Of a stretch of 64,000 bases of DNA, positions 19,173 through 29,000 are shown one piece after another; position 1 is the first letter of the stretch, and every line of letters starts with the position of its first letter. This DNA comes from Gemmatimonadota bacterium. Its GTDB lineage: Bacteria > Gemmatimonadota > Gemmatimonadetes > Longimicrobiales > Gaopeijiaceae. The translations under genes were made by a program, and so were the position numbers. The notes below the pieces were generated by a model. The model was not told the origin of the DNA and ran no database searches. It saw nothing but the letters and a program-made list of their open reading frames with translations. Location: assembly GCA_034521595.1 (NCBI GenBank), contig JAXHMG010000003.1, forward strand, positions 384,001 through 448,000. Direction: 5' to 3'.

Positions 19173-19781
19173 ATGCCGACCATGACTACTCTCACCACGC
19201 GTGGCCGGGCCACGCGGACCCGCATCGTCGAGGCGGCGGCTCGACTCGTGCACCTGAACGGAGTCGCGGCCACCACGGTGGACCAGGTCCTCGAGGAAGC
19301 CGGAGCCGGCAAGAGTCAGTTCTACCATTATTTCGGCACGAAGGACGACCTCGTCGAAGCCGTGCTCGAGTTTCAGGCGGCCGTCAGCGAAGGCGAGCAG
19401 ACCCGGATCCTCGAACAGCACCCCGGATGGGACGGAATCCGGGTCTGGCTCGATGCCGTCGTGGAAGGGCAGAGGCGTGCGGACTACGCCGGGGGATGCC
19501 CGATCGGGTCGATGGCGGCGGAGATGGCGGACAGGGATCCGGAGCTGAGAGTCCGGCTGGGTGAGGCGTTCGAGCGGAAGCGCGCGGCGCTCGAGCACCG
19601 GCTGCGCGAGCTTCAGGACGACGGGGAGCTCGACGGGGCCGCGGAGCCGGAGGGACTCGCCACCTTCGTGATCGCCACGCTTCAGGGGGCGCTATTGCTC
19701 ACGAGCACCCTCAAGCACGACCACGCGCTCGCTCAGGCCGTCGGGGAGACCTGGCGGCACCTGGTTTCGTTCCGGCGTTAG
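19173..19781 (+). CDS. TetR family regulator (NemR-like, conserved GCP cysteine)
   Basis: HTH ...GAGKSQFYHYFGTKDDL; GGCPIGSMAAE; start uncertain (19146/19173). Confidence 0.9.
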   Translation: MPTMTTLTTRGRATRTRIVEAAARLVHLNGVAATTVDQVLEEAGAGKSQFYHYFGTKDDLVEAVLEFQAAVSEGEQTRILEQHPGWDGIRVWLDAVVEGQRRADYAGGCPIGSMAAEMADRDPELRVRLGEAFERKRAALEHRLRELQDDGELDGAAEPEGLATFVIATLQGALLLTSTLKHDHALAQAVGETWRHLVSFRR

Positions 19782-19788
19782 CAGCCTT

Positions 19789-20106
19789 TCAAGAGGACGA
19801 CATCCCCTCGTCTTCTTCCAGGCTCGCGATGATCCGATCGCGCAGCTCCGGGGGCACGTCATGGTGTTGGGCGGCCCGCGACACGGCTTCACGGAAGGAC
19901 TGTTCGAACACGAGCCACGGGTAACACCGCGCGCAGGTCTCCAGGTGGGTGCCGACGCGCTCTTCCATGTTCGGGTCGAGCTCGTTGTCCAGCCATTCGA
20001 AGAGTCTCTCCGCGGCTTCTTCGCAGGAGATCCCACCGGGCTCGTCGTTGCGAGGCTGTCCCTTCCGGCGGCGCAGCAAGCGCCGGAGCTCGTCGGTCCA
20101 CGTCAT
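19789..20106 (-). CDS. Soluble zinc anti-sigma factor (RsrA/RshA-like)
   Basis: ISCEEA...LDNEL...HLETCARC; no TM segment. Confidence 0.85.
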   Translation of the reverse strand: MTWTDELRRLLRRRKGQPRNDEPGGISCEEAAERLFEWLDNELDPNMEERVGTHLETCARCYPWLVFEQSFREAVSRAAQHHDVPPELRDRIIASLEEDEGMSSS

Positions 20107-20717
20107 GTCGATGGGTCCTTGGCATCCGCGCTGGAGCTCTGAGTCGAGCGCCCGATGATCCCTTGTTCCACGGCGTAGTCGTACAGCTCGTGCTGGAGTC
20201 GTCGTCGCCCACGATAGAGCCGGCTCTTCACGGTGCCCACGGGCACTTCCAGGATTTCCGCGATCTCCTGGTAGGGAAGCTCCTCGAGGTCCGAGAGGGT
20301 CACGACGTCTCGGAACTCGTCGGGCAACTCGTCGATCGCTCGCAGGACCTCGCCGTCGACGATCCGGCTCCAGAACTCTCCTTCCGGATCTCGTCCGCGC
20401 GCCGCGAGGAACACCGTCGCCTCCCGAGAGATCCTGTTCGGATCTTCTTCGGCGGCGTCCGCGACGATCTCGTCGTGCCGACGGGTGCGCTCCTCCCGTT
20501 GGAGGAAGTGATTGCGGCAGATGGTGAACAGCCAGCTCTTGATCCGGGTGCCGGGGGTGTACTTGTCCCAGTTCCTGAATGCGCGGAGGAATGTCTCCTG
20601 CGTCAGATCTTGCGCCCGATCGGGATCTCGGGCGAGGGAAAGCGCGAAGCGGTATACCGCATCCATCTGCGGCAGGGCTTCGTCCTGGAAGGACCCGTCG
20701 GGGGCGTTCGCGCTCAT
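20103..20717 (-). CDS. ECF sigma factor (SigR/SigH-like)
   Basis: AQDLTQETFLRAF, KYTPGTRIKSWLFTICRN, YQEIAEILEVPVGTVKSRLYRGR. Confidence 0.92.
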   Translation of the reverse strand: MSANAPDGSFQDEALPQMDAVYRFALSLARDPDRAQDLTQETFLRAFRNWDKYTPGTRIKSWLFTICRNHFLQREERTRRHDEIVADAAEEDPNRISREATVFLAARGRDPEGEFWSRIVDGEVLRAIDELPDEFRDVVTLSDLEELPYQEIAEILEVPVGTVKSRLYRGRRRLQHELYDYAVEQGIIGRSTQSSSADAKDPST

Positions 20718-20834
20718 CGGACGCCGATCTTCACCAGTCACGGGTGGACGAGGTAGCAACTTCCTGCGAGGTGGACGGGAGCATAGACAGGGTGGTGGGA
20801 AGGTGCAAGAGATGCCGCCGCCGACCCTGATCGG

Positions 20835-20864
20835 CCGAACCTTCCTGTCGCGTAATCGGTTGGG
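20835..20864 (+). promoter_or_regulatory. CCGAACCTTCC-N12-GGTTGGG (GAAC-N18-GTT) promoter
   Basis: Identical core to the motif at 23239-23268. Confidence 0.7.
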
Positions 20865-20901
20865 CGCCCGGAGAGCACGTCCCCTATCGCAGGATGAGCC
20901 C

Positions 20902-22065
20902 ATGAGAACGCGCGACCGTGGAACCGGCCGATATTTCGGATGCCTACCGACACGATCAGGCGGCGGGATCGGACTGAGCGCCGGGTTCGTGTTGGTCGTG
21001 ACGTTGGCGGCCTGCGACGGTGGCGATTCGACCGGCCTCAGTCAACCGAATGGCCCGTCGGATGGTGGAAGCGGGGAAAGCGGGACGGCGTGTCGCGTCT
21101 CCACCGACGATATCCTGGGTCTCCTGGGACCGGATGCGATCCCGGCGCTCACCAACCCACCGCTCGTCGCTCCCGACCACGAGGACGCCTCGTACCTGTC
21201 GGAGGAGGACAGGGTGGTGGGCCTCGTCGTGGATGGCTCCGCCTATGCGTTTCCCCTGAACGTGCTCCGGTGGCACGAGAACGTGAACATCGATGCCGGG
21301 GACGAGCAGCTCGCCGTCTCGTACTGTCCCCTGACGGGGACCGCCCTGACGTTCGACCGATCCGTCGTGGACGGCGCGGAGCTCGGCGTGAGCGGCCTCC
21401 TGTTCCGCAACAACCTCGTGTTGTACGACCGCGGCTCCGAGGACCGCTCCTTCTTTCCCCAGATGCTGCGTTCCGCGCAGTGTGGCCCGCTGTCGGATCG
21501 GGAGCTCGGCCTACCGATGGTCGCATCCTGGGAGATGCGCTGGGATGCATGGAAAGATCTCTTCCCGGACACGCGCGTGTTGTCACGGGAAACCGGATTC
21601 CGTCGTGACTATACCTCGAATCCGAACGTCGGATATGAGGAGATCGACAACCCCAGGACGCTGTTTCCCCTCGTCCTCGATCCCCGTCGGCCTCCCAAGG
21701 AGCGGGTGCTCGGTATTCCCACGGGAGGCGATGGTGGTCCGGCCTATCCGTTCGAGGAGCTCGCCGAATCGGAACGCCGCGCGATACACGTCGGACGCGC
21801 TCCCGGCGGCAGGGTCGTGTTCTGGAGTGCGGAAGCCGAAGCCGCGATCGCGTTCCGAGCCGAAGTGGACGACCAAGCTCTCAGCTTCACGGCGTCGGCC
21901 GGAGGGTACGTGGATCGGGAGACCGGCTCGACCTGGAGGCTGGACGGGCTCGCCGTCTCGGGACCGCTCGAAGGCCGGCGACTCGAGCCGGTCGCCGAAT
22001 CCTACGTCGCGTTTTGGTTCGCCTGGGCGGATTTCCACCCCGAAACATGGGTTTGGAGGAACTGA
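20902..22065 (+). CDS. DUF3179 family lipoprotein (copy 1)
   Basis: DAIPAL, WHENVN, SYCPLTGT, GVSGLLFRNNLVLYDR, FWFAWADFHPET; LAAC lipobox. Confidence 0.88.
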   Translation: MRTRDRGTGRYFGCLPTRSGGGIGLSAGFVLVVTLAACDGGDSTGLSQPNGPSDGGSGESGTACRVSTDDILGLLGPDAIPALTNPPLVAPDHEDASYLSEEDRVVGLVVDGSAYAFPLNVLRWHENVNIDAGDEQLAVSYCPLTGTALTFDRSVVDGAELGVSGLLFRNNLVLYDRGSEDRSFFPQMLRSAQCGPLSDRELGLPMVASWEMRWDAWKDLFPDTRVLSRETGFRRDYTSNPNVGYEEIDNPRTLFPLVLDPRRPPKERVLGIPTGGDGGPAYPFEELAESERRAIHVGRAPGGRVVFWSAEAEAAIAFRAEVDDQALSFTASAGGYVDRETGSTWRLDGLAVSGPLEGRRLEPVAESYVAFWFAWADFHPETWVWRN

Positions 22066-22103
22066 GAACACGCCTCTGACGGTCCGCCGCGGTGGGCGTG
22101 CGT

Positions 22104-23132
22104 TCATTCACGCTCCAAGATCTCCCGCGCCATGCGGTAGGCCACTTCGTGAGGGGTGAGCTCTTCGGCGTCCGCGGTCCGGAGGATGGCGAGGGACCGG
22201 TCGTAGATGCCGTCGAGCTTCGCTCGCATTTCCTCCTGCGGATACAGTCCGGCGGCGGCCGTGCCCGCGATCACCCCACCGGCGCTCGCGACGAAGTCGG
22301 GCACCAGCGCGATGCCTCGCTCCCGGAGACGGCGAGCATCGTCTTCGGTGGCCAGTTGATTGTTGGCGCCGCCACAGATCCCTCGTACGCGGAGATCGGG
22401 AATCGTTCGTTCCGACAGGATCCCACCGAGCGCGCAGGGAGCGAGGACGTCCGCGTCGACGGAGAGGATTCGGTCGGGGGGCGCGACATCGACGGGGGTG
22501 CTCTCGCGTACCGCGCGCACCGCGTCTTCGCTCACGTCCGCGATCGTCACCCGGGCTCCCGCTTCCACGAGGTGCCGCGCCAGGTCGCTTCCCACCGCGC
22601 CCGCTCCCTGGATCGCGACCCGTACGCCCGTGAGGTCGGGAGATCCGAACAGGTGATGGGCGAGCGCGCGTACCCCCTGGAACACCCCGAGCGCGGTCGG
22701 GGGGCCGGAGCTGCCCATCTGTCGATTCGTCGCGCCCACATGAGCAGTCTCCTCGGAGATCACGTCCATGTCGTCGGCGGTGGTGCCGATGTCGGGGCCG
22801 CACATGTAGGCCCCACCGAAGCTTTCGACCACGCGGCCGAACGCGCGCATCCGCTCCGGGGTCTTGTCCCGCTTCGGATCCCCGAGGATGACGCTCTTCG
22901 CGCCACCGAGCGGGAGGTCGGCGAGCACGTTCTTGTACGTCATCGCCCGCGACAAGCGCAGCACGTCCGTGAGCGCCCCGGCCTCGGAGGCATAGGGCCG
23001 GAAGCGAACGCCGCCGGCCGCCACCCGCCCGCGGCTCCGGTGCACGACCACGATCGCCAGGAGACCGCTCTTCGGGTCGCTCACGTGACAGACGCGCTCG
23101 TGGTGGTCGAACTCGGGGTGGTCGAAGATCAT
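22104..23132 (-). CDS. Leu/Phe/Val dehydrogenase family
   Basis: LSRAMTYK, GGAKSV, IQGAGAVG, PCALGG, GGANNQL, PDFVASAGG. Confidence 0.92.
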   Translation of the reverse strand: MIFDHPEFDHHERVCHVSDPKSGLLAIVVVHRSRGRVAAGGVRFRPYASEAGALTDVLRLSRAMTYKNVLADLPLGGAKSVILGDPKRDKTPERMRAFGRVVESFGGAYMCGPDIGTTADDMDVISEETAHVGATNRQMGSSGPPTALGVFQGVRALAHHLFGSPDLTGVRVAIQGAGAVGSDLARHLVEAGARVTIADVSEDAVRAVRESTPVDVAPPDRILSVDADVLAPCALGGILSERTIPDLRVRGICGGANNQLATEDDARRLRERGIALVPDFVASAGGVIAGTAAAGLYPQEEMRAKLDGIYDRSLAILRTADAEELTPHEVAYRMAREILERE

Positions 23133-23238
23133 CGGTCCTTCGTTTCGATCGAGCCGCTCCTATTCCTCGTCGCCAGCGCCTACAGATAGCACGAGGACGC
23201 TTCGAGCGCGACCCGCGTTCTTCGCACGCCGGGCAGGA

Positions 23239-23268
23239 CCGAACCTTCCCACGCCGTGGTTGGTTGGG
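23239..23268 (+). promoter_or_regulatory. CCGAACCTTCC-N12-GGTTGGG (GAAC-N18-GTT) promoter
   Basis: Same motif and spacing as upstream of DUF3179 copy 1. Confidence 0.7.
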
Positions 23269-23306
23269 AATACGAGGAGCATGCCCCGAGCCGTGAGGAG
23301 GACCCC

Positions 23307-24482
23307 ATGCGAGCCCCGGACGATTCACCCGGCCGATATCCCCGACGGCGGCCGGGATCCGCACGCGGCAAGGTCGGGTTGAGCCTCTGCCTGGGCGTTG
23401 GCATGGCACTCGGGGCGTGCGACGGCGCTGATCCGACGGCCGCCAGCCGGTCCGAGAGCGCAACCGGCGAGGAAACGGACGAGAGCGGTGTGTTCTGTCG
23501 CATCCCCATAGGCACCATCTACTCCACGAACGGACCGGATGCGATCCCGGCGCTCACCAACCCACCGCTCGTCGCTGCCGACCACGAGAATGCATCGTAT
23601 CTGTCCGACCAGAACAGGGTGGTGGGCCTCCTCGTGGACGGCTCCGCCTACGCGTTTCCCCTCAACGTGCTCCGGTGGCACGAGAACGTGAACATCGACG
23701 TCGGGGGCGAGCAGCTCGCCGTCTCGTACTGTCCCCTCACGGGGACCGCCCTGACGTTCGACCGCTCCGTCGTGGATGGCGCGGAGCTTGGCGTGAGCGG
23801 CCTCCTGTTCCGCAACAATCTGGTTCTCTATGAACGGGGATCCGAGCAGCGTTCGTTCTTCCCCCAGATGCTCCGATCCGCACAGTGCGGTCCGCTGGCC
23901 AGGCAGGAGCTTCAGCTACCCATGGTGGCTTCGTGGGAGATGCGTTGGGATGCATGGAAAGATCTCTTCCCGGACACACGCGTGCTGTCGCGGGAAACGG
24001 GGTTCGATCGCAACTACGAGGCGAACCCGAACGCGGAATACGAACAGATCGACAACCCTCGAACGCTGTTCCCCGTCGAGCCCGATACCCGCAGGCTTCC
24101 CAAGGAACGAGTGCTCGGCATTCCCACGAGCGGGGACGGCGGCCCGGCTTATCCGTTCGAAGAGATGAAGGGCGCGGCCCGACGTACGATGGAGCTCGGG
24201 ACCGGTCCGGGCGCGATCGTGGTGTTCTGGCACGGCGATGCGGAAGCGGCTATTCCGTTTCGCGCCGGCTTCGACGGCCAGGCTCTCACGTTCTCCCCAT
24301 CATCGGAAGGATACGTGGATCGCGAGACGGGCTCGACCTGGAGGCTCGACGGGCTCGCCGTCTCGGGACCACTCGAGGGACGGCGACTCACGCCGGTCGC
24401 GACGGCGTACGTGGCGTTCTGGTTCGCGTGGGCGGATTTCCATCCCGAAACGTGGGTTTGGAGCGCGTCGGGAGGAGAATGA
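23307..24482 (+). CDS. DUF3179 family lipoprotein (copy 2)
   Basis: Close paralog of 20902-22065 with long identical DNA stretches; LGAC lipobox. Confidence 0.88.
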   Translation: MRAPDDSPGRYPRRRPGSARGKVGLSLCLGVGMALGACDGADPTAASRSESATGEETDESGVFCRIPIGTIYSTNGPDAIPALTNPPLVAADHENASYLSDQNRVVGLLVDGSAYAFPLNVLRWHENVNIDVGGEQLAVSYCPLTGTALTFDRSVVDGAELGVSGLLFRNNLVLYERGSEQRSFFPQMLRSAQCGPLARQELQLPMVASWEMRWDAWKDLFPDTRVLSRETGFDRNYEANPNAEYEQIDNPRTLFPVEPDTRRLPKERVLGIPTSGDGGPAYPFEEMKGAARRTMELGTGPGAIVVFWHGDAEAAIPFRAGFDGQALTFSPSSEGYVDRETGSTWRLDGLAVSGPLEGRRLTPVATAYVAFWFAWADFHPETWVWSASGGE

Positions 24483-24511
24483 TCCGGACGCTGTAAAAGA
24501 CCCGCGCTCGA

Positions 24512-25744
24512 TCACTCCCCGCTCGAGCCCAGCACGGACTTCACGGCCTGGACGAACGCGTCTCGGTGCTCGGTGAATGCCTCGCCGGTCGGCTCGGGCC
24601 AGGCGCCGTGCGTCGCGATGACCAGGTCGAGGGACGGATCGACGTGGATCATCTGCCCGAAGATCCCGCGGGCCGTGAACGAGCCGTCACCTTCGAGCCA
24701 CCAGAGGTAGCCGTACCCCGGGTTCGTGGGTGAGGGCGTGGTGGATTCCTCCATCCAGCCGTCCGGGAGCACGCGGCGGCCGTCGTCCAGCACGCCATCC
24801 GCCAGCGCGAAGAGCCCCAGCCGGGCGTAGTCCCGGAGGGTGGCGCTGATGCAGCATCCCGCGTACTCGGGTCCGTACGGCTCCACGAGCATCCAGTTGG
24901 CGTCTCCCTCCATGCCGAACGGCTCCCAGACCTTTTGGCGCAGGTAGGCGGAGAGGTTGTTCCCGACCGCGGCCCGGACCACCGCGCCCACGAGGTAGAT
25001 CTCGCCGGTGCTGTAGTTGAAGCGGGTGCCGGGCTCCGCGACGCGCGGCTTTCCCCCGAGGAACCGGAGCCGCTCGATCGCGTCGAAGTCGATCTCCCGG
25101 CTCACGTCGGACTCCGGATCGGTGTAATCCTCGTCCCACTCGACCCCGGAGCTCATGCGGAGGAGGTCCCGGATCCGCACCCGGTCGTACGCGCTGCCCT
25201 CGAGCAGGGGGAGGTAGCGCGTGACGGGATCGTCCACGCTAGCGATGTAGCCGTCCCGAAGGGCCGCGCCCATCAAGAGCGAGACGACCGACTTCGCGAC
25301 CGAGTACGAAACCCACCGAGTGGACGGTCCGTTGGGTTCGTCGTAGCGCTCGAGCCGGATCGTTCCGTCCTGGACGACGATGAGGCCCGTGACGTGGTTG
25401 TGCGTCAGGAAGTCCTCGAGGTCGTGCGTCCGGCCGTCGACCGTGTAGCTCAGCCCGGCGACGTCGAGTGGCCGGCTCGGGAGGGCAGAGGGCTCGGCGC
25501 TCGCCGGGATGCTCCTCGTGTCGAAGATCCGGTGGTAGTTGGGGAATCCGGCGAGTTGCTCCTCCGGAGTCCAGAGGAGAACGCTGTCGGGGTGGCCGAA
25601 GGCCAGGCTGTCGGGGACCTCGGTCGAGGGGTCCTCACCTGCAGCGGGTCGTTCGCCGTCCGGAGCACAAGCCACGATGAGGGCCACCGCTCCCACCACG
25701 GGAAGGCGCGTGGCCGCTCTCGCTCGTCTCTGGGTCGCCCGCAT
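24512..25744 (-). CDS. Serine hydrolase, beta-lactamase family (NylB-like) lipoprotein
   Basis: SVAKS (SxxK), FNYST, YGYLWW. Confidence 0.88.
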   Translation of the reverse strand: MRATQRRARAATRLPVVGAVALIVACAPDGERPAAGEDPSTEVPDSLAFGHPDSVLLWTPEEQLAGFPNYHRIFDTRSIPASAEPSALPSRPLDVAGLSYTVDGRTHDLEDFLTHNHVTGLIVVQDGTIRLERYDEPNGPSTRWVSYSVAKSVVSLLMGAALRDGYIASVDDPVTRYLPLLEGSAYDRVRIRDLLRMSSGVEWDEDYTDPESDVSREIDFDAIERLRFLGGKPRVAEPGTRFNYSTGEIYLVGAVVRAAVGNNLSAYLRQKVWEPFGMEGDANWMLVEPYGPEYAGCCISATLRDYARLGLFALADGVLDDGRRVLPDGWMEESTTPSPTNPGYGYLWWLEGDGSFTARGIFGQMIHVDPSLDLVIATHGAWPEPTGEAFTEHRDAFVQAVKSVLGSSGE

Positions 25745-26088
25745 CGAAGGAATTCACCGCTCATGGTTGTGCAGATGGATCCGTGCCGGGCCGCAAGGTA
25801 CAACGATCCGGGCCCGGGGATCACTCCTTCGCCGTTCTTGGCGCGCCCGCTCACGTCGATAGCGGGAGCACGGGAGTGGACGGCTCCTCATCCTCCGCCC
25901 GATTCGCACGGCAACCCACATGCCATCGTCAAGGCGGATGCTCGCGACCGAACGTCGGTCACAACGACGGACGGGTGGGCCGAAGCCTGTCAGAGTGGCG
26001 CAGAGGGCGTGCTCTCCGTCGGCTGTTCCGGTTCCGGGACGTCCCGTAGCTTGTCGAGGGGCTACTTTTCCCTACTTCGAACGGACAC

Positions 26089-29000
26089 ATGAAGGACTCG
26101 CCTCTTCCGGACTCGACGCTTCTCGGCGCCGGGCGGATGGGACATCATGCCGGTCAGGTGGGAGGTGACTCCATACCCGGCCCCCTTCCACTCGTTGGTC
26201 GCGACGCCGATCTCCACGCGCTGTGGGGACTCCTCGACGGGAACGGGAGAGGAGCTTCGGTCGCCGTGATCTCCGGTGAGGGCGGGGTGGGGAAGTCCCG
26301 CCTGGCCGCGGAGCTCGCGCGACGCGCCGAAGGCGAGGGATGGAGCGTCGTGCAAGGTCGGGCCTACCCGGTCGAAACCGGCGTGCCGTACGCGCTCTTC
26401 GCCGATGCTTTCCTTCCAATTATGCGCGAGATGGACCCCGCCCGGCTCGCGATCCTGAGCCGGGGCGGTGAGGCGGAGCTGCGCCGACTCTTCCCGGCGC
26501 TCGGCGGTGGGGAGCGGTTCGTCGACGACTCGGGCGACCCCACGGAGTTCCGCACGCGTCTGTTGTGGAACTTCACCGAGTTCACGAAGAGCTACGGCAA
26601 ACGGTCACCTCTCTTGTTGGTGCTCGAAGATCTGCAATGGGCCGACGGTTCCTCTCTCGAGCTCCTCCACTTCCTCGCGCGCCAGGTCACGGAGGACCCG
26701 GTCTTCATCGTGTGCACGTACAACGACGCCGAGCGTGAGCCGAACGCCCAGCTCGTGCGCACGGAGCGCTCCCTGATGAGTCTCGGCGTCGCCGCGCTCC
26801 ATCGCCTCGACCCGCTCGGGCTCGAGGATGTGGTGCACCTCGTGAGCGCGACGTTCGACACGGAGGCGACCGTGGTGCGCGATCTCGCGGCGCTGCTGTT
26901 CGAATGGACGCGTGGCAATGCGTTCTTCATCGAAGAGATCCTGAAGTCGATGGTCGCTTCCGGGAGGCTTTGTCGCGAGGACGGCGTGTGGGTGGGATGG
27001 GACGCCGCGGACTTCTCTCTTCCGGGCTCGATTCGTGATGCGGTGCTCGATCGGATCCGTGCCTTGTCCCCCGATGCGCGGACCGTGATCGAGCTCGCGG
27101 CCGTCGTCGGTGCGCGCGCACGCTATCCCGTCATCGCGGCACTGAGTCGGTTGGAAGAAGCGGACTTGCTCGCGGCCTTGGACGAGCTCCGCGTCCACGG
27201 TGTGCTCGAGGAGCGGGAGGAGGGCGATGTCGTGGTGTACGTTTTCGCCCATCCTCTGGTGCGCCAGACGCTGTACCGTGAGTTGGGGCTCCAACGGGCG
27301 CGCGTGCTTCACGGACGGGTGGCGGAAGCCCTGGAGGTGGTTCATGGGGACCGCGCGCTCGAGCACGCGGACGAGCTTGCGTACCACTTCTCGCGTACCG
27401 ATTCGGCGACGTTGCGGTCGAAGGCCGCCGCGTATCTGACCGCGGCTGGACGGCGGGCCCTCGATCGGCGCGCGGACCAGGAGGCGGTGCGGTATCTCGA
27501 GGAGGCCAGGGAGCTCACGCATACCGAGTCTCCGACGGACGAGGGGCCCGACAGGGTGGAGCTCGCGTCGCTCCTGGCCCGAGCAAAGCAACATCTGGGT
27601 GAGTTCGATGAGGCGGTGGCGCTGTGGACGGAGGCCTTGGAAGGTGTGCCCGCGGGAGACCGGAAGCGTCTGGACCTCATGCGCGCGCTAGGCATGGCGC
27701 ATTTCTGGTGTGGCCGCCACGAGGAAGCCCACCGGGTGCTCGACGCGGGGTTTGACGCGGCGCGAGTGGCGGGCGATGCGGAAGCCATGGTACGGCTGCG
27801 CGTGGCGAAGGGTCACTGCCTGCACGAGGTCGGGCGAGGAGACGAAGCCCTGGAAACCGTCCGCTTGGCACTGCCGCTGGCCGAAGAGCTTTCCGACGCG
27901 GCGCTCCTCGCCCGGGTGCACCGGGCGCTCGAGCTCCTCCATGTCTGGATCGGCCCGCCGGGCCTGGCTCACGAGCACGGTCATCGGGCCATCGAGCTCG
28001 CGCTGAAGGTCGGAGACGTCTCCGTAGAGTTCTGGGCCCGGTGGGGTTGGGCGGTGTTGGGCGGTATGCGTGGCGACCCGGAGCGCACGCACGAGGCCAT
28101 CGCAGAGCTGACCGAGCTCGCCGATCGGGCGAGATCGCCCGTTCTGCGGCTGTGGACGGACGAGCTGGAGATCGAGTTCGCGTACGGACGCGGGGAATGG
28201 GACGCGGGCATGGCGCTCGGGGAACGCGCGATCACGCTGGCCACCGATCTCCGTCAGCGCACCATTCTTCCGCGGCTCCTCGTTTGGACCGCCCAGTTCC
28301 ATCTGGGTCGAGGACATCAGGAGCGGGCACGGGAGTTGATCGACCGGGCCGTGGAGATGGCTCGGCCCGATCAGATCGATCGGCCGGTCGACGTTCATCA
28401 GGTGGTGCCGACGTGCATCGGGCTCGCACACTACCGGATCGGCGTGGGGGACTATGCCGGAGCCATCGAGGCCGGCGAGCGGGGCTTCGAGATCGCCGAA
28501 GGGACCGGCTACACGCTCTGGGCGGTGCACCGCCTCCTACCGGTTCTGGCGGAAGCCTGCCTCTGGGCCGGCGAGATCGACCGCGCCGGGCAGATCGGCA
28601 CACGGCTCCGGACGAACGCCGAGAGGCTCGACCACAAGCTCGGTCTGGCGTGGGCCGATGCTTGTGATGCGCTCGTGCGTTGGAAACAGGGCGATCCGAA
28701 GGGAGCGATCGCCCTCATGCGGCGGTCTTCCGCATCGCTCGAGGAGATACCGATGATTCCGTATGCGGCTCGCGTCCGGCGGCAGCTCGCCGGGCGCCTC
28801 CTCGAGATCGGGGACCGGGAAGGCGCCCTTGCGGAGCTGAAGCACGTGCACGAGACCTGTGTCCGACTCGGCGCGACCCCCGAGCTCGAGAAGACCCGGC
28901 TCATGTTTCGGGAGGCCGGCCATCCGGCGCCTCCGAAAGGGTCGGGCGAGGGCCTGGCGGGCCTCACCGATCGTGAGATGGAGGTGGCTCGCCTGACCGT

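Noticed and set aside
20902-24482. Selenocysteine in the DUF3179 paralogs
   Set aside because: Both reading frames are continuous with ordinary Cys codons and no internal TGA.
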